64,000 bases of DNA from IMG/VR virus record IMGVR_UViG_3300029286_003706, positions 14,011 to 78,010 of that record. One strand, 5' to 3'. Position 1 is the stretch's first letter. Every line of letters begins with the position of its first letter. Below, in pieces: positions 51,765 to 60,754 of the stretch. The notes beneath the pieces are model-generated. The model saw nothing but the letters and a program-made list of their open reading frames with translations. It ran no database searches and was not told the origin of the DNA. The DNA comes from a virus. Both the position numbers and the translations under genes were made by a program.

Positions 51765-52382
51765 ATGAAATTCGGACTACTTAAATTTTATGATTATTTG
51801 AAAACGAATGAAGCCGTAAAAACCCAAGACAATAACGAAGGTATTTTAGTTATAGTAGATGTTCAGGGTGAATTTGACGAATATACACCACAGGGTTTTG
51901 AACAAAATATAATTAAATATTGTGAAGAATTTCCAAAGGATGAAGATGGTGGTATAAAAGGTGTTTATCAAATATGGGATTCTAATAAAGCAACCGGATT
52001 TACATATACTTTTCCTAATCAAATATTAACTGTTAGAAAGAATTATGGAACAAAATTCAATTCAAATTTAAAAAAAATATCAACGTCTTTACCACAAGAC
52101 ACTAAAGAAGGTAAGTTGTTTAGATTTAAAAACACAAATAAATATTTATGTAAAATAAATAATAATCATAAATGGTTCTATGTTAATGAAGATTTATATA
52201 ATTTATATCAAAAATTAAAAGGTAAAAAAGTAATTATGATAGGTGGTGCAGATGCCGAATGTCTTCAGGATGTGTATGTTTCAATGAAATCATTTGGTGT
52301 TATACCTGTTTATAATCATAATTATATCTATAATGCATCGATGAATGATGATATGATTGCAACAGATAAAAAAAAATTATAA
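51765..52382 (+). CDS. Isochorismatase/nicotinamidase-like cysteine hydrolase with leader
   Basis: LVIVDVQ, RKNYG, GGADAECL (D-K-C triad); N-terminus ...LKFYDYLKTNE. Confidence 0.65.
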   Translation: MKFGLLKFYDYLKTNEAVKTQDNNEGILVIVDVQGEFDEYTPQGFEQNIIKYCEEFPKDEDGGIKGVYQIWDSNKATGFTYTFPNQILTVRKNYGTKFNSNLKKISTSLPQDTKEGKLFRFKNTNKYLCKINNNHKWFYVNEDLYNLYQKLKGKKVIMIGGADAECLQDVYVSMKSFGVIPVYNHNYIYNASMNDDMIATDKKKL

Positions 52383-52384
52383 AA

Positions 52385-52810
52385 ATGATAATCAAAAAAT
52401 ATAAAGATTTTATAAATGAATCTTCCAATGATGATTTTGTTTTATTATATCACGGTTCTAGTAAAGAAAACGAAGAAAATTTATTAAAAAATGGTTGGCA
52501 ACCAAATAAAGTATTATCTGGATCGAATCAAGGAAACCCAAATTATTTATATTTGGCCCTATCACCAGAATCAGCTTGTTATTATGCAGCTTGTAAAGAT
52601 AATGATAAAAATGTTTTAGAAGTAAGAATACCAAAATCTTATTTAAAAGTTGATCCACATGATGGAATGTATCATGGTAATGTTGATATGGAATTAGAAC
52701 ATGGTGTCTCATTAGTTTGTTTTAAAAAATTACCATCTTGGGCATTTAACAAATATACTGGTGATTTTAAAGTAACGGGATGTGATGATTTCTTTGATGA
52801 TTATGATTAA
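52385..52810 (+). CDS. ADP-ribosyltransferase-fold protein (H-Y type) with leader
   Basis: LYHGS...L.NG...LYLA.SPESACYYA...VLEVRI; N-terminus MIIKKYKDFINE. Confidence 0.65.
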   Translation: MIIKKYKDFINESSNDDFVLLYHGSSKENEENLLKNGWQPNKVLSGSNQGNPNYLYLALSPESACYYAACKDNDKNVLEVRIPKSYLKVDPHDGMYHGNVDMELEHGVSLVCFKKLPSWAFNKYTGDFKVTGCDDFFDDYD

Positions 52811-52883
52811 AATTAAATTGACCCATTATTTTCAAATATATAATTAACCACAATATTTTGTGGATAAAAAATAATTATATATT

Positions 52884-53810
52884 ATGAAAAAGAAAATGAA
52901 AAATGTAAATGTAAATGTAAATGTAAAATCATCAATTGTTGATAAAGTAAAAGAAATGCAAGACATATTAAATCATGCCGTAAACATTGGAACAAATGCT
53001 AAACAAAAAATTTTAGAAGATGAAACAGCTGATTATGGAACAATAGTAAGAGATTTAACGAAAGAAGATTCGATATTAAAAGAAATTCAAGATAAGAAAT
53101 CAGAAAAGAAAACATTTACAGAAGAAGATTTAAAGGAAACATTATTAAACTTTTCTTTTGCTCAAGATGTAATGAATAAATTTAATTCTTTAATAAACGA
53201 AGAAGCTAATTTATTTTTATCTGAAACTAAAAAGGCAGAAGAAATGGAAGATGAAGATGATAAAAATCCAAATATTTATATTAAATTAACAATTATTGAT
53301 GACAGGGATAGAATGTTATTCAAAGAGTTGTTATTTGGAACTAGTGAAAGAAGAAGACCCATTTATGTTAATATTGGTGATTATGATTTTTTCTTTGAAT
53401 ATTTCGATGAAGAACAACCAGTTTTTACATTCAATAAAGAAAGTTTTAAATTTTTCTTCGATAATGATTTAAATAAATTGAAAGAATATGTCAAAATAAA
53501 TAAGTGTACTTTTGATTTTGAAAGGGAAATAAAATTTGATAATATTATTGTTGAAATATTAAATAAAGGGAAAGAAAAAGTGGGAAAAGTAGAAAAAAAA
53601 GAAAAAGAAATAGAAATAGAAAATGCAATAGTTGAAACACCACAACAAGAAGATACCAAATATAAAAAGGTTTATAAGGTAAAAACTGTTGAAAATACAA
53701 CATTATTTATTTTAACAGATAAACCGGGAGATATTTTTGAAAAAATTTCTGATGTTTTAAGTGTTAAGGTTATGGGTTTTGGTTTTCAATTAGATAGTGA
53801 TGTTTCTTAA
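52884..53810 (+). CDS. Hypothetical acidic protein
   Basis: 308-aa ORF. Confidence 0.7.
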   Translation: MKKKMKNVNVNVNVKSSIVDKVKEMQDILNHAVNIGTNAKQKILEDETADYGTIVRDLTKEDSILKEIQDKKSEKKTFTEEDLKETLLNFSFAQDVMNKFNSLINEEANLFLSETKKAEEMEDEDDKNPNIYIKLTIIDDRDRMLFKELLFGTSERRRPIYVNIGDYDFFFEYFDEEQPVFTFNKESFKFFFDNDLNKLKEYVKINKCTFDFEREIKFDNIIVEILNKGKEKVGKVEKKEKEIEIENAIVETPQQEDTKYKKVYKVKTVENTTLFILTDKPGDIFEKISDVLSVKVMGFGFQLDSDVS

Positions 53811-53820
53811 AAACTGTCTT

Positions 53821-53851
53821 CCGACAACTACCCGACAACTACCCGACAACT
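53821..53851. repeat. Intergenic tandem repeat, about 3 x 11 bp (cccgacaacta)
   Basis: ccgacaacta-cccgacaacta-cccgacaact. Confidence 0.9.
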
Positions 53852-53918
53852 TAATTAAAACTTTTAGTTTTTTTGATTATATAATAAATATAACTTATAT
53901 AAAAAAATAAACTAAATT

Positions 53919-54176
53919 ATGAAAAAGACAACAAAAATGATTAAGAAGGCTGTTAAGGCTTTAAAGAACACAAAGAAAGTCACTTCGGTGAAAAATCCAG
54001 TGACAACACCAAAAACGACCAAGACCACTTACAGGTCAATCGCTGATAACATTTATCACGATGGTTATAGTTATCGTGCCCGTATTACAGTTAATGGAAA
54101 GTGTAATTCAAAGAATTTCACATCCAAGACAGCTGCAATTCGTTGGAGAAACGAATTCAGGAGAACTATTGGTTAA
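53919..54176 (+). CDS. Small basic DNA-binding protein (AP2/integrase-N-like domain with K/T-rich tail)
   Basis: NIY...SYRARITVNGK..SKNFTSKTAAIRWRN. Confidence 0.65.
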   Translation: MKKTTKMIKKAVKALKNTKKVTSVKNPVTTPKTTKTTYRSIADNIYHDGYSYRARITVNGKCNSKNFTSKTAAIRWRNEFRRTIG

Positions 54177-54190
54177 TACCATTTTTTTTG

Positions 54191-54234
54191 AAATAAAAAA
54201 AAGCCGAACAAATTTATTCGGCTTTTTTTTATTT
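54191..54234. terminator. Bidirectional intrinsic terminator
   Basis: aaataaaaaaaagccgaa...ttcggcttttttttattt. Confidence 0.85.
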
Positions 54235-54246
54235 GGGTAAATAATT

Positions 54247-54714
54247 TTATTTTATATTATCACCCCCGAAATCTTCACTTTTACTCTTTTGATTTGGTTG
54301 AAATTCTATATCATCATCATCAATTAATCTCGTCCATTCTTCAAGTTCCGGGTAAAAAAATAAATAATATTTATCTTCTTGCAAGGAACTTACTATATTA
54401 TCTATGACATCATTAAATAAAATTTCAAATTGTCCATTACCGTAATGATATAATTCAGAATAGATTGGTAATGTGAAATTTTCCATTTCTTTAACTGTTT
54501 CCCAATTATTACCACCCTTTTCAATACTTATATTCACATCACCTGTTATATCCCCCCTGACAACCCAAGTAGTATTTTTGTTTGGAAATTCTGGTTCTGA
54601 TTCACGATCTATAAAATTTATATCATCAGTTGGATCGATTGGTTCGTCATCATCAACATCATAATTTGTATACCCCAATTCTTCTTTTATAAATTGATTG
54701 AAATTTTTTATCAT
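54247..54714 (-). CDS. Acidic protein with capsid-targeting-like leader
   Basis: MIKNFNQFIKEE. Confidence 0.65.
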   Translation of the reverse strand: MIKNFNQFIKEELGYTNYDVDDDEPIDPTDDINFIDRESEPEFPNKNTTWVVRGDITGDVNISIEKGGNNWETVKEMENFTLPIYSELYHYGNGQFEILFNDVIDNIVSSLQEDKYYLFFYPELEEWTRLIDDDDIEFQPNQKSKSEDFGGDNIK

Positions 54715-54731
54715 AATTTTTAATTATTTTT

Positions 54732-55478
54732 TCATTGGACAAATATTTTATCATATAATCCATTTTTTACGGCTATCAATTTTCCTATAAAACCCTCATT
54801 TCTTAATTTTTTAAATACTAAATTTTCTATTGAAAATTCCCCCTTCTCTTTTATTGCACTAGCTCTAGCTTCAGATAATTTTTTCTTTGTTGCTTTCGCA
54901 ATTTTGAAATATTTCATTAATTCATCTGGGTCTGTTGTTTCTTCCAGATATTTTTCCAATTCTGTAATTTCATACACATAAGAATTATATTTGGGATTTA
55001 TATCATCATCTGTTACGGTTGGTTTTTCGTGTTTTGGTTTGTTGATCCATTTGTTATTTAATAATGAAAAACGACCATTTTTTGGTCTGACTTCAGTAGA
55101 ATCTTGAATATACAATTCCACTTCGTGACCCCTTAATGTAATATTATGTCTTTCATTCCATTGAAATTTTTCACCCTCAACCGCTTTAGTAATCAAATCT
55201 TTATCTTCTCCCAAATCGGAATAATCAATCAAAACATGGACATCTAAATCTGAGGTTTTGGTATAGTTGTAATTTGAAATACTGCCAGTTAATTCAATAT
55301 CTATTATTTTTGTATCCAATTCCAAACTTTCATAAAAATCCCTAGCTATTTTAATTAATTTCTTTCTTATTCCTTCATCAAGTTTATCATTTTCCCAATA
55401 AAGAGGACATAATTTTTTATGATATGTTAAAACATTTTCACCTTCTTTTATTAACCAATTTTTATATTTTAATGTCAT
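54732..55478 (-). CDS. Pol-beta superfamily nucleotidyltransferase with leader
   Basis: TGSISNYNY...SDLDVHV (GS...DxD), EVELY; N-terminus MTLKYKNWLIKE. Confidence 0.8.
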   Translation of the reverse strand: MTLKYKNWLIKEGENVLTYHKKLCPLYWENDKLDEGIRKKLIKIARDFYESLELDTKIIDIELTGSISNYNYTKTSDLDVHVLIDYSDLGEDKDLITKAVEGEKFQWNERHNITLRGHEVELYIQDSTEVRPKNGRFSLLNNKWINKPKHEKPTVTDDDINPKYNSYVYEITELEKYLEETTDPDELMKYFKIAKATKKKLSEARASAIKEKGEFSIENLVFKKLRNEGFIGKLIAVKNGLYDKIFVQ

Positions 55479-55500
55479 AATTCTATATATTATAATTTAA

Positions 55501-55944
55501 TTACATTTTCATTGTAACTGATACATCATTAGCACCTGTTCCAATTATACCACCCCCACCACCACCAGTATTACCATTAATATTCGCTGAAGTATATCCT
55601 TGATCAGCTGATTTATAAAGTCCCGGATAAGCACCCATTATTTGTTTTTTGCTGACTGTAACAATACTATTATTTTTATCTAAAACACCCGGTTTATTAA
55701 AATCAGAGTTTTCAACATTTAATGTTACTTCTATATTATTGTTTGTTAAAAATGATAAAATTTTACCAGATGCTTCTACTTTATCATTTGGTTTATTTGA
55801 ATCAGGTACATACCAGAACATAATAGAATCACCAATTCCCGGTTCTTTATCTGTTGATTGAGTTACATTCATTGGTGCACTATTAGCTGTGTTCCCAGCA
55901 TTGATTTGATCTTGATAACTTTCAAATGTTTTTAAATACTTCAT
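55501..55944 (-). CDS. Hypothetical protein with capsid-targeting-like leader
   Basis: MKYLKTFESY; Gly-rich tail. Confidence 0.65.
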   Translation of the reverse strand: MKYLKTFESYQDQINAGNTANSAPMNVTQSTDKEPGIGDSIMFWYVPDSNKPNDKVEASGKILSFLTNNNIEVTLNVENSDFNKPGVLDKNNSIVTVSKKQIMGAYPGLYKSADQGYTSANINGNTGGGGGGIIGTGANDVSVTMKM

Positions 55945-56429
55945 TGTATGGTATTATTATTTTGTGGTTGTGGTTGTGATTCAATATTTTGTGATTCATC
56001 GTTCTGTATTTCTGGTTTAACACCAGTATCTATTTTAATACCATGTTCATCAGCCCAATCATATATTCTATTAAAATATCTATTGGATTTTTTTTCATCG
56101 TATTCACCCGACTGATCCATAACTTCCTTTATATCATACCAACAGGTTTCACTTATTTTTTGTAATTCGGATCTCTTTTCTGTTATTCTATCTTTGTATT
56201 TTTTTACAAATTCATTGAAATCAATAGATTTTGATTGATATTCACCCCAAATGTCCTTAATATCAATTGTCATAAACCATTGAATATCAGGACTATCATA
56301 ACCAACATCATTAATAATAAACAGTGTTGGTTTATTTGGATCTTGACTTTGAACGTCTTGACTTTGAGGTTGATTTTCAGTTTCTTCCTCTTTATTTTCA
56401 TTTATAAATTGAAAAAATGTTTTAAGCAT
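55941..56429 (-). CDS. Hypothetical protein with capsid-targeting-like leader
   Basis: MLKTFFQFINE. Confidence 0.65.
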   Translation of the reverse strand: MLKTFFQFINENKEEETENQPQSQDVQSQDPNKPTLFIINDVGYDSPDIQWFMTIDIKDIWGEYQSKSIDFNEFVKKYKDRITEKRSELQKISETCWYDIKEVMDQSGEYDEKKSNRYFNRIYDWADEHGIKIDTGVKPEIQNDESQNIESQPQPQNNNTIQ

Positions 56430-56497
56430 ATTTTTATCATATCCTAATATTTTTCTTATATATTAAAAATGAAAAACAAAAATAATATATAAACATA

Positions 56498-57538
56498 ATG
56501 ACAAACTTATTTACATATCAAGATTTTTTAAATGAATTAAAAATTTCTAAAGACTATAATGAAATTAAAAATTTAGAATCAACTTATTTTGTTATTTATA
56601 AGGAAAACATATATTTTTTTGATTGGGGATTGAAAGATTACGTTGAAAAATTTAAAGATTTTTATAAATATTTGTTTGATGATAATGTCATTCCCATTTC
56701 TGGTATGATTAAATATAAATTATCAAATATAACAGATTTTGATTCAGCTAATTCTTTTTTTGACTATTATTTGGTTGATAATCCTAAGATAATATCTGGT
56801 CAATTTTATTCAAATTATTACAATAAAAATATCCCAAAAGATAGTGTGGTTGCTAAATTTAATATAAATATATATTATGAAATAAAAATATCAGATATTT
56901 TAAATAAATTTATGAAATTTTTACCCGGATTGGAATATTTTGAAATTGAAGATGTGGTTTATCATCGAGATGAAATTTTAAAAAAATACGGGAAAAATTT
57001 TAATAAACAAATAAAATTACCAGATAAAATTTATCATGGAACGTCATCACAATTTATTGAAGATATTTTGAAAAAGGGGTTAGAACCTAAAAAAGAAAAT
57101 ACTGTTTTTTCAGTGAAACATAATAAATATGTTTATTTTACAACATCATTCAAAACTGCTGAACGATATGCTAAAATGTCAACAGCGAGGGATTTTAATT
57201 TAAAAACCACACAAGTTATATTGGAAATAGATTCAAATAGAATAGATAAAGATAAAATTATTTTCGATTTTGATTTTTATAATAAATTCGTGGGGAAAGG
57301 AAATGATACATATGATAATCAATTAAAAAATTTGGGAATACCACCATCCGGTGATGAATTATTATATACTAAATTTTCAAATAAAAATATGGGTGGTTTA
57401 TATAAAAAATTTGGTTATAACGGAATTATTTTACCAACAAAAATAAATAAAATATATTATTTTACTAAAAATAGAGAATGGGAAAAATTTACAATTCCGG
57501 AATTTAAAGAATATATGAAAAAGGAAAAAATGTCATGA
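56498..57538 (+). CDS. ADP-ribosyltransferase-fold protein (H-Y type, Tpt1/Arr-like) with leader
   Basis: IYHGTS...ILKKGL.P...VYFTTSFKTAERYA...VILEID; N-terminus MTNLFTYQDFLNE. Confidence 0.7.
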   Translation: MTNLFTYQDFLNELKISKDYNEIKNLESTYFVIYKENIYFFDWGLKDYVEKFKDFYKYLFDDNVIPISGMIKYKLSNITDFDSANSFFDYYLVDNPKIISGQFYSNYYNKNIPKDSVVAKFNINIYYEIKISDILNKFMKFLPGLEYFEIEDVVYHRDEILKKYGKNFNKQIKLPDKIYHGTSSQFIEDILKKGLEPKKENTVFSVKHNKYVYFTTSFKTAERYAKMSTARDFNLKTTQVILEIDSNRIDKDKIIFDFDFYNKFVGKGNDTYDNQLKNLGIPPSGDELLYTKFSNKNMGGLYKKFGYNGIILPTKINKIYYFTKNREWEKFTIPEFKEYMKKEKMS

Positions 57539-59082
57539 AAAATATTTTTACATATCAAGATTTTTTATTGGAAATGTATAATCCAATTAAATTCAAACTT
57601 CTTTTGAGTGATGAAATTACTGATATTATTAGTAAAATAGATTTACCAATTTCAGATATAATTTTAAATTTTAAAGGGGAATTGGATGTTTCTTATATCG
57701 ATACTACTTCTGTTCCGGAAATGATTAGTTATTATAGATTAGATAATTATAAAAAATCACTTTTGAAATTAGATGATGTTAAAATTGTAAATAGAGATTT
57801 ATGGAATAGTAAATATAGGGAACAAATGAGATTGGGAAAATTTATAAATCAAATATTAGCAGAAACCAAATCTTCTATTGGTCCTGTTGAAATTGAAAAT
57901 TTTGTAAATCAATATAAAGGAATATTTAGTTCTATCAGATTTGGTTTCCAAAATTTCGATATGGTTTACGGAGAAAATTTAAGAAAATTTTATTATGAAA
58001 AAACATATATGACTGGTGGTGGTTTTTTAAATAATGGTTGTATGAGACATGATTATTGTCAAAAATATCTAAATATTTATGTTGAAAATCCAGATAAGAT
58101 TAATTTATTGATTATGAGAAATCCGAAAAATAAATTGAAAATTGATGGTAAAGCATTAATTTGGAATTTAGATAGCCATAAAGGTAAAAAACTAATGGAT
58201 TTACCCTATTGTACTAAAAATTATATGATGACAATATTTCAGGAATATGCAATGAAAAAAGGATGGTATTATACAAAAATTGAAGAAGGTAAAGATAATT
58301 ATAGATTTTTAAACATATTTGATTCGAAAGGAAATAAAACAGATGAAGCATTTGAAGTAAATGTTACACCTGAAGAATATGAATATTACCCACATGTTGA
58401 TTTGTTGAAATATTATAATCCATATACAGGAAATTTAACAAATGATAAAAGTGTAATCAAAGATGACGAAGATTATATTATTTTGGACCAAGATAATGGA
58501 AGTTATACCACAGTAAAAGATACTTTGAATGAATCGTTTGAAAATAAAGAATTTAAAGATTGGTTTGGTGAAAGTAAAATTGTCAAGGGTGAAAAACCAT
58601 TGTTAGTTTATCATTTTAATAAAAAAGATAAAATTGACCCTTTTAATAAAAATGAAATATATTTTACTGATGATAAGAAATTTGGAAAAAGATATTTGGG
58701 GTTTTGTAAAGAACATAAAGCTTATCTAAAAATCATCAATCCATTTATTTGTACGAATAAAAATTTAAAATTAATATTTGAAGAATATCACCCTTATAAT
58801 AAAGAATATTGGTCGAGAGAATTTAATGATGAAAATTCTAATAAAAATAGTAATAAGGAATGTTATAGATCATATGGTTATGGAAAATCTGGATATGATG
58901 GTAAAATTTTAAATTATATATATAATTATAATCAATCTAATTTAAAAGAAAGAAAAATAGTTCATTCTATAATAACAAAATTGAAATATGATGGTGTTAT
59001 AATTCCTTATGATTGGGATGGTAAATATGGAACAATAAAATCATTTGTTGTTTTCGATAAAAATCAAATTTGGGAACTATGA
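57535..59082 (+). CDS. Two-domain protein: unknown domain plus C-terminal ART-like (polyvalent-protein type) domain, with leader
   Basis: MKNIFTYQDFLLE; FKDWFGESK...KPLLVYH...IYFTD...YLKIINPF...YDGVII...VVFDKNQI. Confidence 0.65.
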   Translation: MKNIFTYQDFLLEMYNPIKFKLLLSDEITDIISKIDLPISDIILNFKGELDVSYIDTTSVPEMISYYRLDNYKKSLLKLDDVKIVNRDLWNSKYREQMRLGKFINQILAETKSSIGPVEIENFVNQYKGIFSSIRFGFQNFDMVYGENLRKFYYEKTYMTGGGFLNNGCMRHDYCQKYLNIYVENPDKINLLIMRNPKNKLKIDGKALIWNLDSHKGKKLMDLPYCTKNYMMTIFQEYAMKKGWYYTKIEEGKDNYRFLNIFDSKGNKTDEAFEVNVTPEEYEYYPHVDLLKYYNPYTGNLTNDKSVIKDDEDYIILDQDNGSYTTVKDTLNESFENKEFKDWFGESKIVKGEKPLLVYHFNKKDKIDPFNKNEIYFTDDKKFGKRYLGFCKEHKAYLKIINPFICTNKNLKLIFEEYHPYNKEYWSREFNDENSNKNSNKECYRSYGYGKSGYDGKILNYIYNYNQSNLKERKIVHSIITKLKYDGVIIPYDWDGKYGTIKSFVVFDKNQIWEL

Positions 59083-59750
59083 TAACTAATTTTAAAATAT
59101 TTGAGAATATATCAAATAAATATCCGGAAGAATTTATTGAAGCTGTTAATAATACACCGGGGGCTGAAATTATATCAAGTGGAATAAAATTGGACATATC
59201 ACGTTATCAAAAACCAGAACAATCTGGTGGTTGGAGTGTAAGAACAGGTGTATTTTTCTTACCGGAAATTAAATCACCATATTCTAGATATTATAGAAAT
59301 AAAAAAAGTTATGGTGGTAAAGAATATGTAACAGGTAAAACAATCATAAAAAATCCATATATTATAAAAGCTGGAACTGGTGGAATTGGACCCGAAAAAG
59401 CTTTTATAAAAATTGTTGGAAAACAGAAACATGAAGAAATGTTACATGATATATTTAAAATTCAAGGTTGGGGGAGAACAAAATACCAAAAGGAAGAAGA
59501 TGTTACTGAATTTTTAGATAAATATGATGGTGATGTAGATAGTGCTTATGATATTGTTCGATGGAGTGATGAGGGGAATCGTATGAGATACGCCTTACAA
59601 GAACATATAATTGCCCACACTTTAAGAGATGCTGGTTATGATTCTATATTGAGTTATTCAAAAAGTGATGGTAAACCAAGATTATCCGAATTGTTTGATT
59701 TGAGACAAAAACAATATCCCGGTGAAACTAATTTTGAATTTTACGAATAA
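59079..59750 (+). CDS. Divergent ART-like protein with leader
   Basis: Start at MITNFKIFE (ATGA overlap); GVFF...IIKNPYII...AGYDSIL resembles the preceding domain. Confidence 0.5.
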   Translation: MITNFKIFENISNKYPEEFIEAVNNTPGAEIISSGIKLDISRYQKPEQSGGWSVRTGVFFLPEIKSPYSRYYRNKKSYGGKEYVTGKTIIKNPYIIKAGTGGIGPEKAFIKIVGKQKHEEMLHDIFKIQGWGRTKYQKEEDVTEFLDKYDGDVDSAYDIVRWSDEGNRMRYALQEHIIAHTLRDAGYDSILSYSKSDGKPRLSELFDLRQKQYPGETNFEFYE

Positions 59751-59781
59751 ACATTTGTCATTTATATTCATATAATAATAT

Positions 59782-60495
59782 ATGGATGTTAAAGAAATTT
59801 TTTTACAATTAACTCAATCAACTACACCGGAAGGTTCAGAAACAGATCTAGAACAATATATCCCATCTGATTACAAAAACGATCCCTACGGAAATTATTA
59901 TGTTCAAGTAGGATCATCAACAACAATGTTTACATCTCACCTTGATAACAAATGTGAAGAAGTTGAAGAAGTTATTCATATATTTAAGGATAATATAATT
60001 AAAACTGATGGATTTACTATTTTAGGTGCAGATGATAAAGCTGGTGTATCTATAATGATTAATATGATTGATAATGAAATTCCGGGATTATATTATTTTT
60101 TTGTGGGTGAGGAAAACAAAAGAAAAGGTTCTACTAATTTAAGAAATTATTTGGAAAAAAATGATGATAAAATTTTTACTGAAATAAATAAAGTTATTTC
60201 TTTTGATAGGGGTGGATATGATGATGTGGTTACATATCAATTGGATAAAAGAACATGTAGTGATGAATTTGCTAAAGAAATATCCAACCGATTAAATAAA
60301 TTTAATTTTAATTACGCACCAACTAAAGATGGTAGTTATTCTGATTCGTATAGTCTTTCTGGTTTGATTCCAGAATGTACGAATATTTCGGTTGGATATT
60401 TCAATGAACATTTTCCAAATGAATATCAGGATATTGATTTTTTACAAAAAATATCTGATACTTGTTGTAAAATAGAATGGGAAACTATTATTTAG
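59782..60495 (+). CDS. M28/M20-like zinc peptidase
   Basis: SHLD, GADDKAG, GEE, SFDR, YSD, GYFNEH. Confidence 0.85.
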   Translation: MDVKEIFLQLTQSTTPEGSETDLEQYIPSDYKNDPYGNYYVQVGSSTTMFTSHLDNKCEEVEEVIHIFKDNIIKTDGFTILGADDKAGVSIMINMIDNEIPGLYYFFVGEENKRKGSTNLRNYLEKNDDKIFTEINKVISFDRGGYDDVVTYQLDKRTCSDEFAKEISNRLNKFNFNYAPTKDGSYSDSYSLSGLIPECTNISVGYFNEHFPNEYQDIDFLQKISDTCCKIEWETII

Positions 60496-60754
60496 TTTCT
60501 TCAACTACTGGTTCTTCTGGTTTGGGTTCCGGTTCTGGATTTTTTACTTCTTCGAATTTTTCAATTCTTTCTTTTGGGATTATTATCCATGATAATAGAT
60601 AAATTATTAAACCAACACCAAAGGCGAAGAAAAAACCAGTCCATATTAATCTGATTATAACAGGATCAATATTTGTAAATTCACCAATACCACCACAAAC
60701 TCCACCGAATACACGATTTTTGTTTGATCTAAATAATTGTTTATAAGTTGCCAT
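60488..60754 (-). CDS. pspC: PspC-domain membrane protein
   Basis: LFRS..NRVFGGVCGGIGEF..IDPVIIRL...YL..WIIIP. Confidence 0.9.
   Translation of the reverse strand: MATYKQLFRSNKNRVFGGVCGGIGEFTNIDPVIIRLIWTGFFFAFGVGLIIYLLSWIIIPKERIEKFEEVKNPEPEPKPEEPVVEETK

Noticed and set aside
52902-52926. (aatgta)n tandem repeat
   Set aside because: In-frame NVNVNVNV low-complexity coding sequence with no evidence of another role
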